A stretch of DNA of 59,857 nucleotides, the filler included, from Sluysia triapertura (lineage: Eukaryota): NCBI GenBank assembly GCA_046118255.1. It is 4 parts of 4 records of this genome, joined end to end, with 100 filler letters (N's around TTAATTAATTAA, not from the genome) between each part and the next. Parts side by side here need not be neighbours in the genome. Positions count along the whole stretch, not along the records: positions 1 to 20,207 come from JBJNIA010033266.1; 3 more parts are not named here. One strand, 5' to 3'. The first letter of the stretch is position 1. Every line of letters begins with the position of its first letter. Under the pieces are notes generated by a model. That model was not told the DNA's origin. It did not search any database and was given only the letters and a program-made list of their open reading frames with translations. Positions 1 through 11,710 of the stretch are shown here, one piece after another. Both the position numbers and the translations under genes were made by a program.

Positions 1-31
1 CTATTATTATTATTATTAATATTATTATTAC

Positions 32-77
<46 letters not shown>
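1..77. repeat. (ATT)n microsatellite
   Basis: Near-perfect TTA/ATT trinucleotide run. Confidence 0.95.
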
Positions 78-254
78 TCTTCAAGGATGGAATTTGCAGA
101 TAACAAGAAAAAAAGTGTAGATAACTTACAAATATAAGGAATTATTTTATTCATCAAAGTATGCACTCATATTTTCGATACGTTGTTCATGCCGGTGGTA
201 TAAAACCCTGAATACCTAATAAATTGTTTCCATATTAAAATGGTGTCCAAATTG

Positions 255-640
255 CGAAAGACGTGTGGGACAAGTTTGGTGATGAATGGTCTAGCGTTGT
301 CATGCAAAATAGGCTGTTTCTTTAAAGTTTTGCATCATTTTATATGTTTCCCCTGTGAAATCACATTAAGCTTCTTTTGATAAATATTGAGGTTTGGAGT
401 GCGTTTTGGTGATGAACGTTTCCGATTGCCACATTGGATCCATTTCTCATCACAAGTGACACTTCCATTCAAACGTGGATCAGATGCGTGGCCAGACAGA
501 AACTTCAAGCAAGCTTCCAAGCACTTTTGTTTTTGCTTTTCATTCAATTCATGAGGAACATACTTATGTACCTATTCCACTTTGCTGATTTGAGATAAAT
601 GAGTTAATATTGTTTGTTTGCTGACACTAAACTTCAACGA
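255..640 (-). mobile_element. Degenerate mariner (DD34D) transposase remnant
   Basis: Minus-strand translation gives YVPHELNEKQKQKCLEAC (WVPHEL motif), VTCDEKWI (first catalytic D) and LHDNARP (second D), interrupted by stops and deletions. Confidence 0.9.
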
Positions 641-905
641 AGTGGGTCACACTCAACGGTAACATTTAGTTCGTTATTGTAGACCTTTGACTATGGTTAC
701 TGTTATGACTCATTTGTGAGGTCAACGTTACCTGTGTCACTGTAATACACAGAGCTAGAATTAGTAATTAAGGGTCCCGAATGTTGTAATTTAGTAATAC
801 TGTTACATTTCATTTTAGAGTATATGCCACAATAATCAAAAAACAAAAAGAATATTTTTGATTTTAGGTCGTATATCCGTAATTCTTTACATCGAAAATA
901 TAATA

Positions 906-991
906 TCGTCTTCCCCGAAAATAAGACAGGGCTTATATTAATTTTCACTCCAAAGTATGACACACTAGGGCTTATTTATCGAAAAACAAAG
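906..991. mobile_element. Short Tc2/pogo-like MITE
   Basis: Follows TA; starts CGTCTTCCCCGAAAATAAGAC and ends in an imperfect inverted copy GCTTATTTATCGAAAAACAAAG; resembles the CCGTGTTTCCCCGAAAATAAGAC-type TcMar ends as I recall them. Confidence 0.55.
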
Positions 992-1756
992 TTGCAAAGT
1001 AGATAGAATTATGAAATTTCTAAACGTACAAAAATCATGAAAACCGATCTACATTTACTAATGAATAACATGTTTTATGTTTATATATATATTCAAAAGT
1101 AACCATATGGTCATCCTCTGGAATGTCTTGCAAGTCATACCAAAGTTACTGCTGCAAAGGAGAAATGCTTTGATAATTGCTAATAAAATATGAAAATGAA
1201 TCACAATCAGAATAATCACAAACAGACAATAATCACTTCGACTGTAACAAAAGGCGATATAGCGACAAGTAAAAAAAGAGGTATTGTTATTGAAACATAT
1301 GTAAAGTAATCATTGATTTCTGGAAAAAGACACACAACTCACTTTGGTTATTGTTTAACACTTTTCGTAAGTTAATTTTTGTAAGATTTTCTTGCTTAAG
1401 CAAGGCTTAAAATATCGATATATTATCTTCACACTTTTGGTAGAAGCGTTGAGCTGCGAAAATGTTGACAAAAACATAAATAATTTAAAAAACATCGAAA
1501 ATTTCATCACGGTTAACAAAGATGTGGAATCATTATTCCATCATTTTAAGCTATTCCTGTATCGAATCTATCTAAAGAAACATTTTTAAATATGAACTAT
1601 GTATATCTTGGATATGAGTTGGCATAATAGAATAATAATTAATAATTTTTTTAAAATATTTATTTAATTCATATTCTGATGTTATTTTAGCAAAGGATTT
1701 GTGCTATTAAATCATATGCTAATATAAACAATATAAAATGCAACACTTGTCATTTA

Positions 1757-2211
1757 TAGTGGCGACTAAATTATTAGACTAAAAACATTTTTCACCGACA
1801 GTGTGCAACTATTAATCAAAAGTGCATAAATTCATGCCGTTTACCGGCAATGTTGGTAAATAATTACTTTATCCAAAAAATTTTGCTGAAAGTAAAATAA
1901 TAGATAAAAATACTGAGATTTTATACAGAAATTTTATTCAAGTAGAATGTGATAACACAATTTACTACAAATCAAATATGTTCAAAATGTTATCCAATAA
2001 TTTCCTGATCCATAAAGGCACAAGCCACGGATGAGCTTGGGCACAGATCTTGGATCTCGTCATCGTGATGCCACACTTTTATCAGGTTTCAAAAGTTGCG
2101 TCCTGGTGGTTGGATTCATGTCTGGTGAGTTTCTAAGCCAGGGTAGCAAATATTAAAAAAACCAAAGAAAAATATTTTTCCTGTTTTTGTCTAATAATTT
2201 AGCCAGCACTA
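1757..2211 (-). mobile_element. Internally deleted Tc1-like element
   Basis: TA-flanked TIRs TAGTGGCGACTAAATTATTAGAC and (reverse complement) TAGTGCTGGCTAAATTATTAGAC; internal minus-strand WLRNSPDMNP resembles the Tc1 WPxxSPDLNPIE motif; same TIR family as 15615. Confidence 0.8.
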
Positions 2212-2664
2212 TATTTTCAATATTTAAAATGGCGTCTGATTTAAATGGTAATTTAATATAAAAATGAACAACAGCTCTATCAATATTTTCATTCTCGCTT
2301 ATTCATAAATCTGACATAATTTAGCCAATAACAATAAGACCCTAATTCGTTTGGATTTGTTTCTAAATTCACTTATATTATATTTTCCAAAAATTTTTGT
2401 TAAATATACCTATACAATTGATAGTGTCGTCAATTTACAGTCTTCGCATGAACATTTATTACAGATAGAGAATGTTAGACTAATTTTATCGAGTTGTTAC
2501 TAAAAGTGGCAATAATTTAATAACTGTTATTGATTAATGAAATCTTGCTAATCAAATTGGAGAAAAATGATAAACTTTAATTAAATATTACAATTTTGGT
2601 TTGTTGATAAAATCATTTTTTGTGCAAAAATTATTTTAAAATATGTTGCAATGTAATAAAAATT

Positions 2665-2851
2665 AACAATTTTTCCACCATAAATTCGAAAAAACATGAA
2701 ATATCTAAGTTTTTTGGAAATTTCTGACCACCACACTAAGTAACACATGAAGCAAAACAGCCAGACCATAAATAAAAACCATCCGAACATACAGAAAATA
2801 TAGAATAATGTGCAACACCGATAAATAATTTCGTACAAGCTCAATCGAAAG
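2665..2851 (-). pseudogene. Possible decayed thrombospondin type-1-like exon
   Basis: Follows a tttcag acceptor; reads DGFYLWSGCFASCVT*CGG and, after a frameshift, YGGK, reminiscent of TSP1 (WxxWxxCSxTCGxG...YGGxxC). Confidence 0.3.
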
Positions 2852-4437
2852 TCTGAAAGAAAATAATATTTTATGGTTTTGCAAATGAAAGTGAATATTA
2901 AAATTGAAAGAATATAAAATCCATGTATTTATGTAATAATAATGATAATGTTGTAAATCAATTATTGTTATTCAAACAATTGATAATCAAGCAAGATTGA
3001 TCGATAATCTTGTAAAACTTAATACGAATATTAATTATTTTATGGATATTTTAAACAATTATAGTAAAATAATTTAATTAAAGAGAAAAATTTGCTGCTA
3101 AAGCAGATATACTTATTATTGGCCAAAAAATAACATTAGAGAAGTGATCATATAATGCACATACAAGTTACTTATAAATCTTGATAATATTATCGGAATT
3201 CCAAAATAATAATTAGTATAATTTTAGTTGATAAAGCAGGTAATAAATTGTATAATATCATAAACAAAATTATTTGTAGTTCTAAAATTGAATTAAATTT
3301 AATCTACTGGGGTTACGTGTGGTTACTTGCACTATATTTTATATATTAAAAGTTTGTTTTATAAATTTTATTCATTTATTGTTGTTAATTTGAAACTGAA
3401 ACATCAGAAACAAGTTAAATTCGGACTTTTAGAATAAAACTAATAAATAAATAAACATTAAATGCCGTTACTTAAGAATCATTAAATTAAAGTGATTTTA
3501 TCTGACGAATAATTTATTAAACAAATTCGAACAATATTAGCATGAATAATATTCGATGAAATATTAATTTACGAAGCAACGAATTTATTACCAAATTATC
3601 ATAAGAACAATAATAAAAATAATAATAATAACGGTAGTAACTATAAAATTGTTATTGCTACTATCGAGATCTTTCGTGATAAACAGTTCGTAAACAAATC
3701 ATAAATTCTTGAAATCTGATTTGCTAATAAACCATTATGACCTGTAACATATTGGTTCTATTTTATTAAACACAATGGTGCTATAGATTTTTTTAGTTAT
3801 AATTTCTTCTTTTGATGATGTTTTGCCTGATGAATTTTAAACCAGAATTAGTGTTTTAGTACTTGGAATTGTATCTGGAATTTTATCAAAATTTCTAGCC
3901 AGTTTTATCATAAGAATAAATAAGACAACTTTCATCACAAATTCTTTCTTTACCATTACCATTTATTGTCACTTTATCTTCAGAAATATAAATATTATTT
4001 GATCTTGTGGAATGAGAAAATAATTTAATATTGTCATGATTTAAACACTGATTTGTATTAGTTCTGTCATTATTTGAAGACTTTACATAATTCACTTTTA
4101 ACATACTGAACGTATTTAATTTTACTGTAATATATCATCATGATGAATACACATTTATTTTATAAACATAACCGAAATATAATAATTTTAATAATTTTGA
4201 ACAGTGTGAAACACTTCAAAGCAGATTGATAGATGCAAAGGTACTTTGAAGTGTTTGTATTACCAGGTAGTCTCGTTTCTAGTGGTGTGGTGATAACAAA
4301 CGAGGCATCTTTTTGCTAGTCAATTGTTACGCGAGCACTAATCACAGTTAGGTATTGGCGTAACGCAAGCGCACATTACTGCAAGAAAAACACCACGAGT
4401 AAGACTTGTCATCTGTAACTTTGGTTATTCATATCGA

Positions 4438-4475
4438 TGACGAGTCTCACTCGTCAAATGTACCCAAAGGGTTAA
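4438..4475 (+). mobile_element. piggyBac-like right terminus
   Basis: Subterminal palindrome TGACGAGT-ctc-ACTCGTCA followed by CAAAGGG|TTAA (GGG end plus TTAA target site). Confidence 0.6.
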
Positions 4476-4977
4476 ACACTAATTTTATTCCAGTTTAATG
4501 ATATTTTGATTGAGTTATTCCAAACTTTCGTTGTGGTAGTAGATAATAGGAACTACTCTTATGATAAAATCCACTCGAAATGGTACAATTTTTATAAAAA
4601 ACATGCCAAGTTTTTCAAAGCATTTCAAAGCTCTTTCGATAGAAAAAGAAATATAAAATCTTGAACATATTAATCCCAGTTATTGTTACGTACGACACAA
4701 AGAGTGGTTGGTATTATTTAATAAATAATCAAATTCATTATTTTGCAGGTTTACATTGAGGAACAATAAAAACAAAAAAAGACAATTACAAGAGTAATAA
4801 TAATAAAACAATGTTTTCGCCCTTATTTCAATTTTGTTATAATTATTAAATTTTATTAATCATTATTTCATTTATTGTTAATTTTTATTTAAATATTATA
4901 AAACTTAATTAATTACAAAATTGCGGAAACCCTGCAATAATGAAAGTATGTACGAAACTTTATAAAAATCAACATAC

Positions 4978-5226
4978 CATATGCGTCAAAAGTTGTGGAA
5001 GCGAAAAATTCAGGATCAATAACACAAGTAACATTAATTGAACCATTAATACCTCTCGTAGCACTGTACGGGATAAATATGCTATTGTAAGATAATCGTT
5101 CAAATGTTACGTTTGATGGGTTAAGATAAAAAAAGGCCTTTGCCTTTGGATAAACTGACAGTGTCTTGCAATAAGCGATCACGTCGCTAAATCCCACATA
5201 TTCTATTTCTACCCAAATACTGTGAG
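4978..5226 (-). CDS. Open phase-1/phase-1 exon encoding a divergent Ig-like domain
   Basis: gcag acceptor and gtatgt donor, 249 nt with no stop; VIAYCKTLSVYPKAKAFFYLN...INVTCVI (C..YP motif plus second Cys). Confidence 0.6.
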
Positions 5227-6344
5227 CTGCATAATAAATGAACATTATTTTATTTTAATTTATTAATTAATATAATTAATTAAGATAATATTGTTTGAAT
5301 ATTACAATATGCTAATTTTCTAAATTAAGAACAATTTTCTTAATCCTTTAAATACGCGTCACATCAGTAGCTTTCTAATGAATTTACTTGTTTTAATAGC
5401 CGAATAACGCTTATTGTCGCTGCATACATGTTGATTATTTATGTTAGCGCTTGGATATATCAGTCGTATACAGTACATGATAGGGTATTTTAGATTTGTT
5501 TGTATCACCACGTCTATTACGTACTTAGAATTATGGATAAATCATTTACTCGACTAATCGCTTCATCACTTTCATTCGGATTTCTATGTTTTTCGAAGTC
5601 AGTCGTTATCGTTATTTTTATACTATGGGTACAACATAGTATCAATGAGTTTACTAAACTATATAAAAGACGTAATTAAATTCCCAATAAGATTCGATCG
5701 ATTTAACACCAACCCACACACACAAAAAAAGTCTTTGTAGATCATGCTGCCACTTCAATCATAAGAGACAAGCAACGACCACTATCAGAAACATTGCAAT
5801 TTTTCTTGGTCGTAAACAGTATTATATTTTAAATTTCAAAGAATTCGCTTCGGCACTTTTTATTTGTTTTCAAATTGGTTTATCAGCTGAAAACCAAAAT
5901 AATCTTTCTCTAAAATATCACCTAAATCAGGAACATAAACGTTTGCCTGCTTTCTCCATTATCATTCGATATACATCAAAGGAACAATGACAATGTAATA
6001 TGTTTGAACATATAAACAATTATAGAACATAGTATTGTATTATACTATGATTATCGATTATATTGAAAATTTTTGTTGGAATTTTATGATTTTTATTTCA
6101 TTGGAATTTTATATATGTATTATTAAATGTAAGTATTTTAAATTTAATTTTGAATTTAATAAATTTAATATTTAATTATAAAATGAATTTAACTAACGAT
6201 AACCAGCTTTGTTTTCATAAATTAAAATATAATTGTGTCAAGGTTATTTTAATTTTAGTATGAAATAACAACGTTTCAGTAGATAATTTCATAATTCTTT
6301 CTACAACCTAATTGGAATTCGCCTTTTTCAAATTACGAAAATTT

Positions 6345-6940
6345 GGTTATCGTTAGTTTAATTTCATTAGGTTTCGCAACACTTTAGCCACTGAGTAAAA
6401 TTTACTTAAAATATCTCTAATTGAAATTATAGTTAAGTCAGTAAAATCTTGTTTTTTTTATTAACAAATAATGAAAATAAAATATTTATCCTTTATTGTA
6501 TTTTTCTTTAAACATGTTGTGTGTTTTATGTAATATATTTTCTTAATTTTAACATACAGTGAAATAACAAATATCTCCCACATAAAATATTTGATAACAT
6601 CTTTAATAATTGTTTTTGGGTTCGTTTTAAGAACCATAGTAAAATAACAAATTTTTAAAAAAAGGTTTCATTTAAAAAACCGAAGTAAAATCACATTTAA
6701 AATCTTTTTTCAATGTAACGGTTTCTTTTAATTTCGAAACCAGAGAAAAATCTAATCAAATTCTGTTTAAAGAGAGAATCTGTGTAAACTAATATACATT
6801 TAAAACAATTAGCCTATTTGATTTTTCCAGGTTCTATTTAATAAAGAACCTTAGCAATATACCATAATAAAGATAAATTTCACCTTAAAATCAAACCAAA
6901 AGGATTCTGGTTGTATTTACTAAAGAGCCACAGTAAAATA
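6345..6940 (+). repeat. Dispersed repeat, copy A, with stem-loop/AGTAAAAT array
   Basis: Aligns by eye to the reverse complement of about 35840-36245; six GGTT..AACC-type hairpins at 6619, 6664, 6720, 6760, 6829 and 6908, each followed after 2 nt by an AGTAAAAT-like octamer. Confidence 0.8.
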
Positions 6941-8337
6941 CATCGCACTTAATGTAATATAAATTTATTCTGTCAAAACTCTATAAACTTCATTTCTCAC
7001 AATAATAATCATTGATCGATTTTTTTAATGACTACATTTAACAAATCAGATATTTTTATTAATAACATGGTATCAAAACTTAGTATAAAACATCATAATT
7101 TTACTAAATTTTTTTCGGCATTAAGTTTCCTTTTTAATAATGCTTTTATGCAGCACACACAAAACTCATAAGGTTTGCTCCAATGAAAGATGAAGTGACA
7201 AAACAATTCTAAATAATGCATTAAATATCACACCAAATAAGGTCCTAGATTAAATTATTTATTTACGACTTAATAAAAAGTTATGATTATTATTTTTATT
7301 ATTATTGTGAAAAATGACGATGATTTTGCAAATACGTTATTGTATTGTATAATTTTAAGGTTCTATGAAATATGAAATGTTTAAGTCCGTGGATGAAACT
7401 GTTAGACATATTTAACATTTAAATTAATGGTCAAAATAAAGACGAATGTTATATCTATCTGACATTCATAAAATTTAATTCAAACACCTAATCTAATCCG
7501 TAGACAGTAAGAGTGTTCATAAAAATGGTATAAGTAGGCAGCGTTGAGTTTAAAAAATCGGTTTCCAGCACACTGCAGTTTTACAAATTCGTAAACTAAA
7601 GGTTAATGCATCGTTGAACTGGTTTAATGAATAACATTAAGTGGTAAAATGAGAAATGTATAACGATCTAGTTGATTACTGTTAAGAATTTTGTTCGATT
7701 GTGTCAGTGTGCTTTAGTAAAATTAGACGTTGTGAATTGAGCAATCACAAAAACAATTTTCGTAAATAAATTAAATGAACCAATCATTTTTTGTCACTGC
7801 AGATGCACATATTAATGTTATTTAATATGTTAATTGGTACACATTGAATAATTTATCAAGATAATTAAGTCTTAATATTGGTGAATTTCAGACAATTTTA
7901 CAATTACCATTCAAAAAGAAATCCATTTCGAAGATATTCAATTAAAAATGAAAAATATTGCTAAAAATAGGAAAAGTTTTAAAACATTTGTGAAAACAAG
8001 ACATGAAAAATAAAGTTGCCGTCACAATGATAATGATAATAATAACAATAGAGAATTGTTATTGGTTGACGAAATAGGATAATATTTAAACTCATTTCTA
8101 TGCAATGATAATTAGAGTAATTAATAACTAGGGAAAACTTATCATAACTTTAGTTTAATTGAACAGTATTTTGATTTGCTAAAAGAACTTAAAATTACGT
8201 TAAAATAAACAACTACTTAAACTCGATTTACTGAGACATGTACACGCCTAAAACCATAGTCTTAAGTAAACAGAGTTTTAGATTCGTTATGCGCCTGACG
8301 TAATAACACAAATATAAATAAATATTTGATCACTAAC

Positions 8338-8640
8338 GCAGAATCTTGAACACGGAATGCTCAGTTATAATTTCTGTAACATTTATCATTTCTTCTCCAA
8401 ATATTAAATCTATGATCATATACGAACATCGCACAGTCTCAGTAAAAGTATCAAACTCTGTTACGTATAAAGAACCGTTTTGCAATACGATACCTTTTAG
8501 ATGAGGATCAACTTCGTAAAACGTTGATCCACTGACTGCATCTTGATTAACCACTAAGTTGCACATTAATAAAAATTCACTTTGATTTGTGAAACGGTAA
8601 ATCCATTCAAACACTGGTACAGCATCGTAAAACGTGACAA
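8338..8640 (-). CDS. Open phase-1/phase-1 exon encoding an Ig-like domain
   Basis: ttcag acceptor and gttagt donor, 303 nt open; FLLMCNL...VLQNGSLYV...TVRCSY (NGSLxI-type E strand, two Cys). Confidence 0.65.
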
Positions 8641-9309
8641 CTGAACAATAAGTGATACTACTGTTAAGATATTCTGTAAGACTTCGCGAATAGTTTTATT
8701 ATTATTATTATTTTTATTATTAATTTTATAATATTTAATTCATTATTAAAATTGTTATCGTCATCCTCATTGATAAAAATATGAAATGGGTGCTTAATGC
8801 AGGTAAAAAAATTTATTATTATTATTATTATTATTAGTGAAACTATAATCATAAAAGTAACAAGAGTATGCTTTATTAATTTTAAAAACATAAAAAGACG
8901 GCACAGCATGTCTTAGTTCATATAGCACGATTGAATAAGGATAAATAGAGATTTCATTTATTACGTTAAATTTACTACCTGCATTGTCCAAGAACAAAAT
9001 TAAATGCCTTCTAACTTCAGTAAAAGCATTAAATAGCATTTAAAAAGTCACTTAAAACATTCCACCCATTATCGAATAACATTAAAAACACAAGTTCACA
9101 ATTCCTTAATGCTCATTTATTTAGATAACTTCAAAAATGTCAAGAAATATTAAAGAATATAAGGAAAGTTCGTGTTAAGTAATCTAAAGACTTTATGAAT
9201 TTATAACAATAATAATAATGAAAACATTGTTATTATTATTATTATTATCATTTTTATTTTTAATTATTTTCAACTTTTAATTTTAATTTTATCATATGAC
9301 CAGAAATTA

Positions 9310-9464
9310 CCACTATCAATGGTGACACTATTGGTTACTATGTATAAATTCCTGTCACCATTGATAGTGGCTTGTCTGTCAATCATGTCCCTCCAAACGG
9401 TATTACTGGTTGTCTAACCAGAGTGTACTTGATCATTATTTTTATCACTCTGGTTGAACAACCA
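9310..9464. ncRNA. Pair of long hairpins (candidate pre-miRNA-like or cis-structural elements)
   Basis: Perfect 18-bp inverted repeat 9310-9327/9353-9370 (25-nt loop) and 17/19 inverted repeat 9407-9425/9446-9464 (20-nt loop). Confidence 0.45.
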
Positions 9465-10039
9465 ATCAAGATGATTTCTTATTTATTGTGATGTGCGTAT
9501 TGGTGGTTGATGGTAATTTGATTTGTGCAAAGAGTATAGTCAGAAATGTTAACAAATTTAATTTACAAATTAAACGATACAAATAAAATTTTACTGGTTA
9601 TAAAATTCTACTGGTTATAACTAAAAGTTAACCTATAAGTTTCTTTTTCATAATTGAATATGAATGGTGATGAATGTAAATAAAATCCTCTTCTGCTAAA
9701 GTTGAAAAAACTGTATGATTTAAAAATTGAAAATTATGATGAGCTATTGGACGATTTTCAATGAATGTGGTTTAAAATTGATAAATTAAGTAATAGTGAT
9801 AGTCATGAACGCTAGCAACTTTTATACATTAGTAGTTCAAATAAAATCAATGATATTCTCATTTATTAGGTTTACTTACATGTCCATTATCATAGTTTCG
9901 ATGTCAATGCTTCAAAAGAATTTATTAATAAAAATCTGGAATAGGCTTTTACTTCTATAAATTACTATAAAAATATATTCAATGTTATGAAATGTGAAGT
10001 TAGTAATTTGAGAATTCTCATCACCAGTTTCACAATCAT

Positions 10040-10336
10040 ATGAGATTAAATACTGACAACTATATCAATATATTTTCTCAATATTATTCGATTTTAAAAG
10101 CGAAAAGATCAAATGAAAATTTAAAAGGCATACACTTTTATAAATTTATGATGACAATTTGTACAGAATTATTGGAAAACAATAAAGATAAATTTGAGAT
10201 GGTTCAAGGGATGTTGAGTTTCCGAGTGGAAGCAGGTGTGGAGCTCGCACCGATAATGCTTATGGCCGATATACGAGTTAAAGTGGATAATCTATCAAAC
10301 ACAAATATCATCAAATTGTTTATTCAAGATCAATGA
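10040..10336 (+). CDS. Unknown ORF, probably the frameshifted upstream part of the CCCH gene
   Basis: 98 aa open; its stop overlaps the next ATG (ATGA); degenerate coding-like sequence extends back to about 9660. Confidence 0.4.
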   Translation: MRLNTDNYINIFSQYYSILKAKRSNENLKGIHFYKFMMTICTELLENNKDKFEMVQGMLSFRVEAGVELAPIMLMADIRVKVDNLSNTNIIKLFIQDQ

Positions 10337-10917
10337 GTACAGGCCTAAATTTAATTTCAAATAAAGTTCTGCGGTTAAATATATCCCAGTTAAGTATTGA
10401 ATATAAAGAAAAATGTAAAGAAGATTCTAAAATACTTTCTGTTTATCATTGTACTGTTCCTTTTAAATGTCGTTATTTTTGCCATATATCCAAGAATGTA
10501 ATGTACCTTCCATCGGTTCCTGGCCATTCAATGTTTCATAAATATTTCAATAATGCATTAAGTTCAAGTCAACGTATTAGAACAGCACTTTGCCCATATA
10601 CTAGTGACATAAATGATAGATGCATAAAATTCGGAGTTAATTGCGTATACGCGCACGCTGTTAATCAGTTATCAAATCATAAATTCAATTATATGTCTAA
10701 CATAGATCATGTGGTTAGAATTACAAATCTACTCGAATGTATAGGAATATCAGCTTCAGAAATATTCGGCAACGTTGGATCTATGGCTAATCACACAGTA
10801 AATAAATTCTATATTTACACAAATCCTAATTTAATGAAAAGTACCACACAGAGAATTATCTACTTTAACATTCAAAAATTTAAATTTTATATGTCAAATA
10901 AAAATTTTAGTGTTTAA
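10333..10917 (+). CDS. CCCH zinc-finger protein (TTP/ZFP36-like lead-in), intronless, possibly partly decayed
   Basis: RIRTALC-x9-C-x6-C-x3-H (CPYTSDINDRCIKFGVNCVYAHAVNQL) resembles RYKTELC...CQFAHGxxEL; a second Cys/His cluster CKEDSKILSVYHCTVPFKCRYFCH lies upstream; 194 aa open. Confidence 0.65.
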   Translation: MSTGLNLISNKVLRLNISQLSIEYKEKCKEDSKILSVYHCTVPFKCRYFCHISKNVMYLPSVPGHSMFHKYFNNALSSSQRIRTALCPYTSDINDRCIKFGVNCVYAHAVNQLSNHKFNYMSNIDHVVRITNLLECIGISASEIFGNVGSMANHTVNKFYIYTNPNLMKSTTQRIIYFNIQKFKFYMSNKNFSV

Positions 10918-11199
10918 GCATTATTAGTTATTATTTTTAAACCTATAAAATCATTGCTGTTATTAGATTTTATAAAATTTAAATTACGTACAAGATTGTA
11001 AAGATTAAGATAATGTATTGTCGTAAAAACTTATTCTCATAAATTAAAGTTGATCTTTTTATTAAATCATTTTAAACCTCAACAATGTTCATTCTTGTGC
11101 GCACATTGCACACAATTAATTTCAGTTTGTCATATTTTGTACAGCACCAAATACTGCGCACAGAGACTTGCAAAAATTAGTTACAGCTATTTATAGTAA

Positions 11200-11710
11200 A
11201 ATCGAATTTATTTACAAAAAAGGAAGAAATCTTCATAAATGTTTTCTTTTGAGAACACTGCGACACACTTTCTGGCAAGTGTCCTCTGAATGCTTTTTTT
11301 TGTTTATTTTACGCTTTTAGCATAAAATGCGTTTTTTAGAAATCCACATAGTAAAAAATCAAGCAGCTTCAGATTCAGAAATCTGGCAAGCCATTCGATT
11401 GGTCCTCGGCGTCCAATCCAACGGCCAGGAAATGTTTCATCAGCCATTGTCAATCATGTTTGGTGTAGTGCACATGTGCTCCGTATTGTTGAAAATGGGG
11501 TAAATCTTTAACAATAGGAAACACTTTAGACTTCAGCATGTAACGTTCACCATTAACAGTCCCTTCAAATTTGGATACAAGATTGAACATTGTCGACTTA
11601 CTCGGTACAGATTTAAATTCACTGGATTTTAAAACTAATTTTTCTGTACTATTTTCGTAAATTCTAGCTTCCTTGGTCCTAGCTATATGATCTACCCTAA
11701 AAAGCAATTA
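11200..11710 (-). mobile_element. Deleted Tc1/mariner-superfamily transposase remnant (DUF4817-type N-terminus)
   Basis: PSKSTMFNLVSKFE, FQQYGAHVH (FQQDGAPxH) and FPGRWIGRRGPIEWLARFLNLKLLDFLLCGFLK (WPARSPDLTPLDFFLWGYLK). Confidence 0.85.

Noticed and set aside
4338-4360. miR-2 family member (ATCACAG seed)
   Set aside because: The seed falls in the hairpin loop and the remainder does not match
6619-6645. Histone 3' stem-loop
   Set aside because: Loop lengths vary (about 6-13 nt rather than 4) and there is no histone ORF upstream
8794-9039. pogo/DDE_1 transposase remnant (LILFLDNA)
   Set aside because: Single short motif with no supporting FLPPN/QPLD motifs or TIRs
10333-10336. Prokaryote-style ATGA translational coupling or operon
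   Set aside because: More simply a frameshift in one decaying gene; upstream sequence also has stops and shifts
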